Made by a program: the position numbers and the translations under genes. Below are positions 1-14,148 of a DNA stretch of 64,000 bases, one piece after another. This stretch comes from Vicugna vicugna. Taxonomy: Eukaryota. The stretch's first letter is position 1, and every line of letters starts with the position of its first letter. The notes below the pieces were generated by a model, which was given only the letters and a program-made list of their open reading frames with translations, was not told where the DNA came from and ran no database searches. The DNA is taken from the NCBI GenBank assembly GCA_013265495.1, contig MU058781.1, positions 538,963 through 602,962 of the forward strand, read 5' to 3'.

Positions 1-3000
1 GACTGCCACAGTCAAATGAGTGGAGGTGCACAGCTGGTAGTGGCTCGAGGCCCATCTGACTGCAAAGGCTGCATCCTTTCCCCCCGAATGGGACTGTGCA
101 TAATCCCGGGCCCTTTTCTTGGCAACAGTGACAGCTTTTCTCCGATTCACACATCCTGACGTTGCCCTTTAGTTTGCATCCACAGGTACTGTTTCCCTGC
201 CCGGTGATACTTTGTCAGATATGTCTCTTAAAACTTCTGCAATTACAAAATGCCAGAGCTGCTAGTCTCATTAGCAAGCATGATCACATTATGAGCTAGA
301 ATTGCTCCTTTCCTTTTCTCCTCATTTTCTTTTCTGCATAGTCTTGGCGACAATAACAAGTATTGAGAAGGTGACTGTCTTGCCTGCAATTTTCCACCTC
401 TTAGTTAGTGTCATACAGTAATGGGTACAAACAATGGACCACCTTGACCCACTTTTAGCAACTTTGGTTGCTGTCTGCCTCATTCAGTCTGCAGTATTAC
501 TGCATCCCATGTCGCAGCATGGCCTGTTTCTAATGCCTTTTGAGGGGAGCCTTCAACAGTCGAGGGGGCAAGACCTGAGCTTCTGCTGTTTCTTACGCCC
601 TTCACCTGGAGCGAGTCAATTTAACCCATCTCTGTTTCATTTTGCCCATCTATGAAATAAAGAACTTGGCAGTAAATAATTCTAAATTCCATTCCAGGTC
701 TATTTTTTTCCCCCTCTTGTGCATATCTCATTGCACTTTATAGTAAATGCTTCCTTACTCTCTTGTCTTCCATTCTCTGTGCTAGTCCCTAAATTACTTG
801 ATTATCTACATAAAGGCCAATTGAAATAGGTACAAATGAAGAGAGAACTTCTGATTAACTTTAGTTTGCAATGGAAGTTTTACACTAGAGTGATAGCATC
901 GCCTATTGCTGTAGAAAAACAAAGAAATAACGCCGTGTGCTCTGCAAAATAAATTCTGACGAGTGAGCATGATAAGTCTGATTAAAAGTGCAGGTTTCTG
1001 GGCTGTTTTTGGCATTTGATGCATTTCTTCAGCATTTATGAATATATTTGTTTGGAAAGATAGTTTGTTTATATGTTGCTCAAGTCAGGACATAATGGCA
1101 AAATCACTGTATCATCTCTTATTACCAATTCCTCTGAACCATCCAGTTCCCATAGAAGCCATTTGAGAAACATTAAGGACTCCCTAAAGGGAGAGTTATA
1201 GAGGAACCTGCATTTACAGGTCATTAGTTACCTTCGGCATTACATTACCTCAGTTATTTTTAGATAATCTCACTAATCTGGTATTCAGGGTAATTTCTAA
1301 ATAATTTAGTCCCTCATGTATTTGGATTTCCAAACTCAGACCCTGAAGAAATTACACAGGGAAATCTTAGAAAAGGGAAAATTTATGACTCGTGCCAGAG
1401 AATTTCCCATTTTGAAATACAGGGTAGTTAATCCACTACAGATCTTTTTTTTTTTTTCTCCCCTACCCGCAATTTGTTTAAGCCAGCAAAGTCATTGAAC
1501 ATTTCTTTATATTTAATTGTCAAACGTTTTCACAATTATAAAAAATAAAGCCCGGGTACTGGGTTTCTTAAAGACCATCCTCGACTGTTTCCCATGGTCC
1601 AGGTCTGTCTATGAAAACATGACAGAACACGTCCTCATAGAAGGATGGGCACCAGGAAGACGGAGCCTGAGCTGTGCTCCGGGGAGAGGAGGGCACCCTG
1701 GGCTTCACAGCCCTCAGCTTCAGGCAACATAAAATGGGGATCGTGGCTCCTTTCATCATAGTGGGGCTTCCAACACAGGGTCTTGAGGAAGGGGAATCAA
1801 AAATTGGGGGATATTCGCATCTGCCCACAGAGGCCTCTAGTGCTCAGCTACCGGAGCAATTTCTTTGGGACCTGATACAAACAGATGGCACAGCATTCAG
1901 GGGGAATGTCTGGGAGAATGCCTGGTTTATTTGGTTACATTCTTGGTTATGGCCTTTCATGCCTCTTCTTGAATAAAAACTACATGTGACTTAGCTCCTC
2001 TTTTCCTTGAGAAGCACAATTCAGTCTTTTACATCTAACTTTACCAATAATCAAGGAGAGGACCCAGTTGCCTATATTCATTAAGAAGAATTCCAAAAAG
2101 TAAACAAACAAACAAAAAAGCACAACTCTTTAATCTCTTTAAACCATCTTTCAGGCCTGTGCTGCTCTTTTATTAACATAGCATCCACACTTTCACAAAT
2201 CATTTCTCTTTAGAAATGCAACATGCAGGCCTATGGTCATGGAGACTCAATCTGCTGAATAGACACAGGGTCTATAGGACATTAATCCTATCAGATCAGG
2301 GCCCAAGCTTAGGACCTCATTTAACCCGAGGGCAACTGAGACTCAATCTCAGCGGGTCCCTCTGAAAACCTGCAGAGAATGATCTTTGGCCTTGTGTTCC
2401 TAAGGGATGGAAGGGAGGCCAGTTATCTTCCTGATCCTTCTTCTATTGCTCAAGATTGCTCCATGGGCTGTGGACTCTCCATCACCTCCAGTGCGTGCAC
2501 GCATGATTTTAGTGAGTTTCGGCATGATTCCTCTGCCGCATCGGAGGAGCCTTGGTGTAGGAAGCAAGAAGTACCGCTGAGGCAGGTGATAAATGCTAAA
2601 TGTTGCAGTAGCGGGTAGAGTCAAGGGTAAGTCAAGATGATGAGAGGTGATATCTGATCCATTAGCAAAGTTATGTTTCATATTTACATGTACGTTTATT
2701 AAAGGGTACTTATGCTCATCAATGAAAAAAATAATACCTTTTTAAAGATTCTTTCAAGGATATGCATTTTCAACTCTTCATGACACTCAGAAGTACTGCC
2801 AGTTTGTGTAAAATAAGTTTATGTACTGGTGTATGTACACGTGTATATAGGTCAGATTACTATTCTACAGTTTGAAGTCAATAAGAATAGAATCACAAAA
2901 TATTTAATCTTGAATCTAGCATCTACTTATTCCACAAACGAGGAAATTCAAGTTCATACAGGCTAAGTGGTTGCCATATAATCATATATTGAATTAGTGT

Positions 3001-3671
3001 CAAGTCCAGGAACACGACTCTGACCACTTGGCTCCTCATAGGATCTTCCTCTAATTATTCCATGGCATCCTTTATGTGCAGGGTAGACCTGGATGGTCAC
3101 AGATAGCAACATATGGACATTGGTTAACTGTCACTTACAAATAATAAAATGAGACTCGGTGAGTTTCTCAATAATATAATTCTTGCCGAATTTACTGGGA
3201 AGATTTCTCTGGGGGTACTAGCAAGGGGAGTTTGGGGAACAGGCAAATACATGTGAACAGCTGTGCTTACCAGAAGAATATTCAGAGAAACCTTAACTCA
3301 TTCCATCTTAAAATTAAATCTTTTTCTTCAAGGCTGCATAAACTAAATATTCATGATGAGATGAATAATTCCAAAGAGAGTTCTACTACCAACCCAGATA
3401 TGCTGTTAATGTGTTGGGACAATAATCACGTGGATTTTTTTGTTATGAGCAGGAACATATCAGAAACATGTAAAATATACTTCTTCCTCTTTGATCATTA
3501 CTCTTATATAATTTTCCTACTTGCGTTCATCCTTTGCTACACTGATATGTACCCACTTCACATGCTGTCTCAACATTATGTGTTTTTGTTTTTCCTACTT
3601 CTGCTGTTCCAGTTATTCTTCCCTGAAACATAGACTCTGTTCTTACAGCTGATGACAAAAGGTATCTGTAT

Positions 3672-4252
3672 TGTAACAGGAACGCATCTGGTCTTTGTCC
3701 CCAGTTCCTGACACAGAGCTTCAGGAAACTTACGGGGTTTCTTGAGTGATAGGAAAGTCTTGTTTTTGTTTTTGTTTTTACAATAAGCCCCTTCCAATCA
3801 TACCTGAGATAATGCTAATGAAATGACTCCTGGTGGGTTTCTAGATACTTTGAAGGGAGGATCTGGCCATACCAAAAAGACCAAGTGATTCATTAAAGGA
3901 CTGGAACTTTCAGCTTCATTCCCTGGCCTCCCTGGAGAGGAGGGAGCTAGAGACTGAGTTCGATCACTTGGTCAGAGATTGATCAGTGATGCTTATATAA
4001 TGAAATTCCAGATGCAAACTCTTAAACAATGAAGTCTGAGCAGCTTCCTGGTTAGTGAACATATCAATGTACCTGGAAAGCGTTGCACCCTGACCCAGTG
4101 AGGACCTGTGCTTGGGACCTTTTCAGATCTTATCTTATGTGTGTCTTCTCCACTTGGCTATGCTTGGGTTGTATCCCTCACAATGAAACAGTAGCCATTA
4201 AGTATAGCACGTTCAGCGAGTTCTGTGAGTCATTCCAGCAAATTATCCAATC
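3672..4252 (+). mobile_element. MER21-like LTR
   Basis: Begins TGTAA..; contains TGGTCTTTGTCCCCAGTTCCTG, GGAACTTTCAGC, AGCTTCCTGGTT.GTGAACA and GAGTTCTGTGAGTCATTCCAGCAAATTATC blocks recalled from MER21. Confidence 0.75.
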
Positions 4253-4391
4253 ACTATCAAATGTGACTTTCCCAATAAATACGTTTTTCTCCAGAGCTTT
4301 TGTAAATGCAAATGAAGATGTGTAAGTATATGGACAGTGTTTAATTTTTTCTTTCCTATTTATTTTATATTTGTACACATGTGTATATATC

Positions 4392-4453
<62 letters not shown>
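4392..4453. repeat. Compound microsatellite (TG)n(TA)n
   Basis: Directly visible. Confidence 0.97.
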
Positions 4454-4458
<5 letters not shown>

Positions 4459-7329
4459 TTTTTAGAACTCTCAGAGATTTCTTAAGAATCTTGTGGGCTT
4501 CTCTTTCTTGGATAGCATGAAAGAAAGAAGAAAATAGAAAAACAACGCCAAGCGCCATCTTTAGCATTCAGGCATTCTAATGAGAGACATGCCGTATTGA
4601 CCATTTTCTTCTATGGCCAATTGTCCTAATGTGTCATGAGCTCAGAGGGCAGCAAAGTGTGAATCAAATTCTTGTCAATAAAGTAGATTCTCATCCCTAC
4701 AGAAGTTGAACTCGTGGCCCACTGCTCTCATGCTTCCCACTGAGAGATCTTTCAGACAGGAGTGAACACAGACAATCTGAACTTTTGCCATTTTATTTCA
4801 GTGCTTCCAAATCTATTTCAATCAAATCTTTCAAATAAGGTCTCATAAAACTTGGTTTAATTACTTATGTCTTAGAAACCACAAAACTGAAAATAAATTC
4901 ATGTTTTTTTGGTGACTATTTCATCGGTAATAGACTTTATTTACAGTGTCTAAATTTGGGTATTCAAGAGGAGAGCTTTAGTAAGCTTTCTATGATCCCT
5001 ATGTCACAAGACTTAAAATAGAACAGCCTATGTTCAGTTGGGAAATCCCTGTAGACAGAACGCACCATACCAAAGCCTTTTGGAATGTTCCACAAAGGAA
5101 CTCAAAACCAGCTTCAAAATACTCTGAAGTTACATTTTAACAATATGCATTATATCCTTGTGCACTCTACAACGTAAGTTAAAAAAATTCATAAATCTTT
5201 AATCGCACTAATGCAGGTAAAATTCATGTTGATAGCCATAAAAACACAAAGTTAATGAGAAAATATAAAATGTACTATATTTTTATACAAAATAGATTAG
5301 TTAGTGAAATTGTAGATTTTTAAATTTTATCCTGCTTTTTTGGTAGATTTTTTAAAAAGTGGCATGGAGTTTGTAAAAGATCAACCAAATTAATTAAAAA
5401 ATAATAATAGATCATGGAGATATTTGTCACTTAAAAATGGACATATCTCATCAGATCATATGTGTGAAATTATTGGCTGGGGGTGAGGAATGGGGGAGAA
5501 AATGTGACTGAGCTTGTATTTGAGTGTCTATCTGGCCTGTTTCTAGGTACACCATATCCCTCTCCAACCATTTATGAAGTCCACTGGGAAACAAAGAAAT
5601 ATAATTCTAGTTCGCTTATTTACTTTTTGACAGCCTTAAGAACTTTATTTGAAATTTCCATCATGGAACACCCATTATTTGATTAGAAATGCATTAGCTG
5701 AGCAAACATTTCTGTAAAAATAAATACAAATCTGATTATATTTGGTGGATCTAAAAAAGCACTCAAATTCTTAGACTAAAACCTAATGTTTGGTTTTCAC
5801 TTTGTTTCTTTTTCTACTATCAGTCCCCTAAGAACATTTGACTTGTATCTAGGATTTATATTGAGAGAAGAATTTCAATTCAATTCAAAAGCCTCATAAA
5901 TACCTCAGTGGAACAAGATATTTAATATTCTCCACAAAGCTTTATTTTTCCTTTATATAGAAAAATAAATTTGTTTCCCACTATCTGAAGGATATACCCT
6001 AGGCATTTTTCTGAAGTGGTAATGGATTTATACTGACCCAGAAGCATCAGATCATTTATATTTTTATATTTTGCCCACAGTGTTTCAGGTAGTATATTAG
6101 TTGCTGCTGGCACAAAGAATAAGACAAAGGTCTTGCCCTCAAGAATGTCAAAATCTAGAGCAAGAAAGAGAAATGCTAAAAGAAAAACAAACAAAACAAA
6201 ACAAAAAACCTTTAAGATTTGATATAATTGCAAAATTCTGTAGGAACACAGAGGAAAAAAAATGGTTAAATTGTCTGAGGGTAGTGACAGAAAGTATCGT
6301 TTAATCTGAGTTTTGAATGACAACTATGACTATGCCAGTGTTAGCCGGAAAAAGAAGATGACAGAGCATCATCATGAGTCTCAGAAAATTAAGCAGTTCA
6401 TTCTTGAGGATAAAGAAGAGAAACAAAGACACAGGATAATCTCACAAGATCAAGTTAAGGAACTGGAACATAAAATTTTGAGCAATTCAGATTACAGTGA
6501 AGAATGTGACACCCATTTGAATGGGGGCAGATCACAGAGAAACAAACTCAAGGGGGTAAAGTTAAGGATGGGGTGCTCTACTAATGCACGAAAAAAATTA
6601 GCAGTACCCAAACCAAAGGAATAGCGATGAAATTAGAGAAGTGGGAAGAGATGAGACAGATGCTTAGGTGATGCCTCAGATTACACTTGTTGATCAAGTA
6701 TCTATAGGTGATGTCATCAGAAAGAAGAAATCCAGGACTGCTAAATATTCTAGGTACAGACTTGAGTAAAGGTATGAGCATAGATCAGAGATACTAAATA
6801 CTAGCACATGGCTTTAAATGAAGGAATCTTTTTTGAAATATATCTTCTTTGGAGACCTTCCTTGAATGGATAACTCTGTTATGAAGGAGAAAAAATAAAA
6901 TAACATAGGAGAATCCTTTTATTGCTACAGCAAAAGATCAGAAGAATAACAATTTATCCCCCAAATAAAAGCATATTACACATTCAGAGTCTTTCAGTAA
7001 GAGTTAATCAAGAGACATTTCAGTTTATCATGGCAGTTAAAAGCTGTCTTTTCCTAAGTTACCACTAAAAATATAAAAATATAATGTATTAAAGTATCTT
7101 TGGAGGTATACAAAAAACACAAAGTAGCAATAACTCAATGAAGAAAATACAATAGAAGACCTTATGTCTAGGAACAGCCACAGCCAGACCTTCTACTATT
7201 CCCATAGTTAGTGGACGTAATAGAGAAGTGAATTCTTGGGAAAAATCTATTGAATCAGCCTAGGACAGACTGCTCCAAGTAGGCAGAAAAAGCCATTAAG
7301 TTATCCTCACTGTCTTATAAAGCTTAAAT

Positions 7330-9250
7330 TCAGAGGCTGCACCTGGCTGCATCTGTTTCTCATCAAAACAATGAAAGCAAGAAGAAACTACACAAGTTGC
7401 CATTAATTTTGCTACCAAGACATTACCAGTTGTCTTAAGAATTATGTACAACAAACTGATAGTCAAATGTAGATCCAGAGGAAGAGATTCATGACTAGAA
7501 AGGGTGAGGACAAACAATACTCCATGTGCTCTTTCTGCTGATAAATATCAGGTACTATATAATTATATATCTTAACTATGCCATTTGAAGACTATCGATT
7601 TAAAAAATGGTGGCAGAATGGGGTTCTGTAAAAATGCTGGGGTTCTGTTAAAAAAAAGGAATGCTGGAGCATTAAAAATGGATCCTAAAGAATCAAAGAA
7701 AGTATATTTTCAAAAATCAGAAGAAAATATGAGAATGAGAAATAGAATAATAATGTATTTGCTTGGTATTTCACAAAAATGCAAAAGGGGGGATGCAGGG
7801 AGAAATGATAGGCTGAGTCAGTTTTAGAGACATAAAATGAAGAAAGCGAAGTAATAAATGACTTCAAGAAAACACAAAATGTAAGAATTAATCTAAAAAA
7901 GAAGGCATAAACTATAGAAATAATACTGTTGTGTATTAAATTAGGAGTTTGAAGGACAAATCTGTGAAAATCACCACATACAGAGGAATGAAATAAAAAT
8001 GAGGCATAACATGATGACAGATATGCAGGATTATGCAACTATAATATTAGCAATGATAACAATGCCTAAATCTCTAAAAAGACTCAGTTTCAATAAAAAG
8101 AAAGAAAATGGGAGCAATGGGATATGTCTTTCATTTTCCTTCATTCCTTATAATGATATAATAAATGGCTCATAGGAAAAAAACCTCAAATTTAAAATTG
8201 ACAACTAGGTACATGGATTAAACATAAGATATATACCTTTAAGATGACTATAGAAAAAAGCATTATTGATAAATGCAAAACTATGGAAATGAAAAAAAGC
8301 AAGGAAGCACAAAATCAGGAAGAAGATATGACAGAAATGGCAAAGAATATAAATGAACTAGCCTCCCTCACTTAAGAGACAAAGACTCTCAAAGTGTGAT
8401 GTAAAAAGAAAATCCATCTGCATTATGTTCATTTGTTTTCCCAAAGGAAGTATCAAAAAGACAAACTGACTGACTTGAATGTCAATGACAGAGAAAAGTT
8501 TCACAGCAAATGTGAAAATGTGAAATGAAATCTGAAATAAGTATAAGACAGTAAAATTTAAGGCAGAAATCATCAGCTGAAATAAATAGTGTCAAAATTA
8601 TTTAAGCGTAAGTTGAAGATTTAGATACAGCTACTAGGATGATCTATATCCTTCCTTACATTAAAAATATAAAATAAGTTTGGGTGGTCTGTGTACTTCA
8701 ATGTATTTAACAATATGAAATAAGTTCAGAAATACATTGACTTAAATGTTATTAACAGTCAGAGATTTTTATAATGCTATTATTAGTTTTTAAAAGATTA
8801 ATTAGGTCAAGAATAAATATGCACAAAGAGGAAGTCAATAATAAAATTTAAAATTTGGTTCGATAGGTATACTTATTGAACTTTTCTGCCTATAGTAAAA
8901 GTACTATCTTTTCAAGGATTCTATTAATTTTTACAAAAAAATCACTATATTTACAATACCACAAAAACAATCTCAATATTTCTAAAAGCATAGGACTGTT
9001 AAGGTAGTGTTAATTTGTTCACCATAAGGTAATAAAATCAAGACATAGGCAAGATAAAATATATTTTCCATGTAAAAATAACCCCAGTCCCTTAGGAATT
9101 TTAAAATCTTAAATTGAGTTAATAATAAAACAGTAAATAAAATTGCATATTCTCTCTAATATAAAACAAATGTCATACAGCCAAAGCCAGACTCAGTAGA
9201 AAATTTACAGATGTAAATGATCGTATTATTAAACAAGGCAGCATTAAACT
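7330..9250 (+). mobile_element. Old degraded L1 fragments
   Basis: A-rich strand with decayed L1 ORF1/ORF2-like wording; boundaries approximate. Confidence 0.55.
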
Positions 9251-9254
9251 AAAA

Positions 9255-10078
9255 ACCACTGGCTCTGCCTTCAAAGTATATTCAAAATCCAACAAGTTCT
9301 CACCATAACCTACAACCTCTGTACCACCTTTGTCCAAAACACCACGACACACATGGGGATTATTAAAATACACCCTCTCACTGCTGTCCCTGCTTCCATC
9401 TTCTCCACACTAGAACTATTCAAAACATAAGCTGGAATAATCCTATTAGGCTATAAGTCAGATCACATCACACATCTGCCTACAAGTCTTCAACGGCTTT
9501 CCAACTCACTCAAATAAAAATGAAAATCTTTATAATGGCCTAAAAGGTCCTGCAGTGTTTACCCTTAACATTCCACTACTTTCTCTGCACTGCTCACCAG
9601 TTTCCTCTTTGATTGCTTAGATTACTCTTCTTGTCAGTCACCTTGCTCCACAAATATGGCATCTTTGCTGTTCCTTGAATTTCCCAAGAATACTGAAGCC
9701 TCAGGGCTATCTAAAACATTATTTCTCCAAAAACTCATATGGCTAAGTCTTTCAATTCTTTTAGGTCTTGGGTCAAATGACACTTTGTCAGTAAACCTCT
9801 TACTATCTACCTTAATGAAAACTGCAAAACTCCTTACTGTATCAGCCTCTACATTATTTCTCTCTATAGCAAATTTGCATTCTAATATATTATACTATAT
9901 ACTTATAGACTGATGAATTTTAAAATTTTCTGCTTCCTATATTAAAATGTAAACTATGTGAAGGTAGAGATATTTTTCACATTTTTGTTTGTTTTGTTTT
10001 GTTTTTACCTGATATATTTTTACAGCATAAAATAGTGCTGGCACAGACTACTCAATAAATATATCTTGAATAGATAAA
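9255..10078 (+). mobile_element. L2 LINE 3' portion
   Basis: AAGTCAGATCACATCAC, TTGCTGTTCCTTGAA and a terminal GTGCTGGCACAGACTACTCAATAAATAT..GAAT.GAT typical of L2 3' ends. Confidence 0.8.
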
Positions 10079-10758
10079 ATTAAGAATTCATCATGTGAGT
10101 TTTAATAAAATATTTTGTAAATTGAAAGACACTAGAAGTAGTGAACTGGAAGACAAGTCGATAGAAAATATCCAAACTGAAACAGAAGAAAAAAATTATG
10201 AAAATTCATAAAACAGAACTAGAAGCATGTGAAAAATGACAGACATCATACATGTAAACAGGGCATACTCAGTGGAAAAAAGCAAATGGGGCAGAAGGAA
10301 TACTTGAAGAGATAACAGCCAAGAATATCTCGAAAGTGATGAAAGACATCAATCCACAAATTCAATTATGTTCTGTGAAACATAAGTAGACAAATAAAAA
10401 GAGAACCACGACTAGGTTATCACTGAAAGATCAGTGAAAACCAGACAAAGACGACGTTTTAACAGCTGTTAGAAGCAAGAAGTATTATTAGAAATGAAGA
10501 ATATTTTATCATGACAGAGGAGTAAATTCACCAGGAAGACATAAAAATTCTAAATTAGTGTGCTATCCAAAACATAATTTCAAAATGTATAAGGCAAAAC
10601 AAAATTTATACATCTAAATTATAATGCAAAATGAAAGTTACAGAAGAGGAGAAATAGAGAAATCTAGACAAAAAGTAGGGTAGTTTTACATACCTTTCTT
10701 CACAGTTAATACAATAAGCATATAAAAATTTGGTACAGACATAGAAGTTGTAGTATCC

Positions 10759-11301
10759 TGTATTGTCTGTTGCTGCATAACACTTTGCCACAGATTTAGT
10801 ATTCAACTATACAACTTGTTATTTTAAAGTTTCTGTGGCTCAAATGTCAGGGCACAGCTTTGCTGGGTCCTCTCTGTCCCAGAGTCTTCAGTGAAAGCTA
10901 CAATCAAGGTGCTGCCTGCAGCTGCGGTCTCTCCGTAAGGCTTGAATGGGAAGGCTCTGCTTCCAAGACCACACATTTCTTTTGTTTCTTGCGGCCAGCT
11001 GGACTAAGGGCCCCAGTTTCTTGTCATCTGTTGACTAGAGATCATTCTTGTTTTGTAACTGGTTGTTACCCTCCAGTTTCTCATCACCGAGGGGACTTCC
11101 TCATGCTGCTTATTTATCAAAAACAGCAAGGGAAATTCTCCTAGCAATACTGATGGTGAAATCGTATGTAACATAATCACCAAATTCTACTGGTTAGAAG
11201 CAAGTCATAGGGCCCACCAATCACCAGGGAAAGAATTACATAAGGGTTTGATTATCCACAGGCAGGGATAACTGCAGGCCATCTTAGAATATGTCCTTCA
11301 C
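10759..11301 (-). mobile_element. MLT1 (ERVL-MaLR) LTR
   Basis: TGTATT..TTGCTGCATAACA start and GGCCATCTTAGAAT..CACA end, matching a reverse MLT1. Confidence 0.75.
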
Positions 11302-12162
11302 AAAGACAATTAACTGACTGATCTAATTGACATCAAAATGCTTCACCGAATGACAACAGAATGCACATGTCATGTTTACCAAAATTGACCACATGGACCA
11401 TAAAGCAAACCTCAACAAATTTCAAAGGTTTTAAGACATTCAAAGTATATTCTCTGACCACAGTAAAATTAAGTTAGAAATCAATAAAAGCAAGAAAACT
11501 AGAAATTACCCCCAACTGCTTGGAAATTAAACAACACAGTTTTAAGTGATGCATGGACTTAAAAAAAAAAGAATAGAAGTTAGAAAACATTTTAACTAAA
11601 GAATAAGGAAAATATAAAACATCAAACCTTGGAGAATGCAACTAACGATGTTCAGAAGGAAATGTATAGCCTTACATCCATATTTTGAAAAAGAAGTTTA
11701 AAAATTAATGATCCAAACTTTCTTCTCAAGCAAATGGATAGAAAAAGAACACATACCAAACCCAAAGATAGTGGAAGTAAAACAATCAAATAATGAGGTT
11801 TTAAATGAAGGTTCAATAGAGAAAGCCCAAAAAGGTGATCATCAACTCCATTAGTCATCAGAATATGACACGCATACACACAGTAAGGCACTGCTACACA
11901 GAATGACTAACATAACAATGACAGATAATACACTGTTGATAGGAGTCAACATTTCTACAATCACTTTGGATTATTTGTTGATAGTATTTACTAAAGTTGA
12001 GCATATGTGTACCCTATGATCTACCCCTACGTATATAGTCAGCAGACATTATGCATATGTCCTCTTAGAACATATGCAAGTACATTCTAGCAGCACTCTT
12101 AAAGCAGTCAGAAACTGAAAACAGCCTAAATACCCTTCAACAGTTGATGAATAAATAAATCA

Positions 12163-12481
12163 TTGCTATGGTCATGTTGAAATCCTAACACATAATGTGA
12201 AGGTGTTAGAAGCCAGGGCCTTTGGGAGGTAATCAGGTAAGGTGGAGCCCTGGTGAAAGAGATCAGTGATTTTTATAAAAAGAAATCCCACAGAGTACCC
12301 TAACTCCTTCCGTCCCATGAAGATACAACAAGAAGTCTATGACCTGGAGCAGGGACATCACCTGACCATGCTGGTCCTGATCTTGGGCTCCCACCCACCA
12401 GAACTTCAAGAAATAAATCTCTTCTGTTTATAAGCTACCCAGATTCTGGTATTTTGCTATAGCAACTGAACAGGTTACACA
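12163..12481 (+). mobile_element. MLT1A-like LTR
   Basis: TGCTATGG start, GGGCCTTTGGGAGGTAATCAGG, AATAAA..CTGTTTATAAGCTACCCAG..GGTATTTTGCTATAGCA end. Confidence 0.85.
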
Positions 12482-12936
12482 GTTGGAAACATTAACACAT
12501 CTTATATGACACTGAGAATGAACAGACTGTTACACAGAATGACATGATTTTCATAAACATAAACAAAAGAAGCCAAATACCAAAGGAAAACATACTTTAT
12601 AAAACTTTGAAAAATCGATATAATTTCATAATGTATAATAAACATGAGAAATAAAATATATTTATTTAAATTTTAAAGAACAGGCATAACTAATGTAAGT
12701 CGGTGACATTAGCTTTGAGGAGGGGTGATAGTGACTGGAAGTGTCACTGTCGGAAGCTATTGATGGAGTAGTTTCCTCATCCAGGTGCTATTTACAAAGG
12801 AGAACTTTTTTCACTTAACAAAAATTTGTTGTTCTGTGCACATGTAATGTCTGAACTTTCCTATATTTATGTACTAATCTAATTAAAATTTATTTAAACT
12901 TTTGATATACACAAGTTTAAAAAAATCCTTATGGTG

Positions 12937-13101
12937 TATATAGTACAGGGAAATATATGCAATATCTTGCAGTAGCTCACAGCAAAAAAATGTGGCAATG
13001 AATATATGTATAGTCATGTATAACTCAAAAATTGTGCTCTACACTGAAATTTGACACAACATTGTAAAATGACTATAACTCAATAAAAAAAATGTAAAAA
13101 G
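12937..13101 (+). mobile_element. Young 5'-truncated L1 3' end with 14-bp target-site duplication
   Basis: AAATCCTTATGGTG at 12923-12936 and 13102-13115 flanks an L1 3'-UTR-like sequence with AATAAA and an A-tail. Confidence 0.85.
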
Positions 13102-13693
13102 AAATCCTTATGGTGAGAACAGACTAACAGAAACAGCAAATTCTGTGAAATATTTGTAACTCAAAGAACAATGATATATTTATTTTATTTTCTTAATTAT
13201 TATAGAACCAACTTTGATTTATCATAAAAACATCAATAAGCCTATGGAAGATAGACAGGATATGAACAATTTATTCACAGAAGAAAATTTAGGTGGTTCT
13301 TAAATATTTTAACAGATGCTCCACCTCATTTATAGTAAGAGAAAAGCAATCAGATACCATTTGTCAACCCTCATTTGTCAAAGATCAAAAATTTGGTAAC
13401 ATGCTGTATTAGGGAGGGTGTGAAGAAAAAGAAACTCTCCAACACTTTAGATGGGATCTGGGAGTGTATATTCCTCTATCGGACCACTATGAATAACAAT
13501 TTAATATCCATGAAAATAACAAGCGTGCACAACGACTGATCCTGAATCCCTGAAGTTGCTCTACTGGGGTATATTACAAGTGTACGTATATACAAAAGAG
13601 ATGTTTCTACCTTACTCACTACAGCAATGTTTGTAAGGGCAAACTTTTTCGAAATACTCTAAATGACCATCAGAAGGGGGATGGTTAAGTGAT

Positions 13694-14148
13694 GTGATGG
13701 TTAATTTTATGTGTCAACTTAACTAGGTTATGATGGGTACCCAGTTGTTTGGTAAAACACTAGTCTAAATTTTGCTGTGAAAGTATTTTTTAGGTGTGAT
13801 AAGCATTTAGATCAGTCAACTTTGAGCAAAGCAGATTACTTTCTTGAATGTGGGTGGAACCTCATCTATCAGTTGAAGGCCTTAAGAGAAAAGACAGACA
13901 TCACCAGAAGAGGAAGGAATTCTGACTCCAGTGTGCCTTTGTGACTCAAGACACCAACTTCTCGCTGAGATTTCTAGCCTGTCAGATGGCCCGGGATATT
14001 TTAGACTTGACATCTACAATCATGTGAACCTGGTCCTTAAAATCCCCCAATCAATCTCTCTCTCTCCCTCTCTCTATCTGTATATAGACATATACTTATG
14101 TGGACATATACACACATGTATGTATTCCCTAGAGGATCCTGACAAATA
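13694..14148 (+). mobile_element. MLT2 (ERVL) solo LTR
   Basis: Starts TGTGATGGTTAATTTTATGTGTCAACTT and contains ATCAGTTGAAGGCCTTAAGAGAAAA. Confidence 0.88.

Larger units (their letters stand above)
10120..13690 (+). mobile_element. Old L1 (ORF1/ORF2/3' fragments) carrying nested MLT1 and younger L1 insertions
   Basis: L1 hallmarks such as CTCAACAAATTTCAAAG, TTCTCTGACCACAGTAAAATTAAGTTAGAAATCAATAA and TGGAAATTAAACAACACA. Confidence 0.8.
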
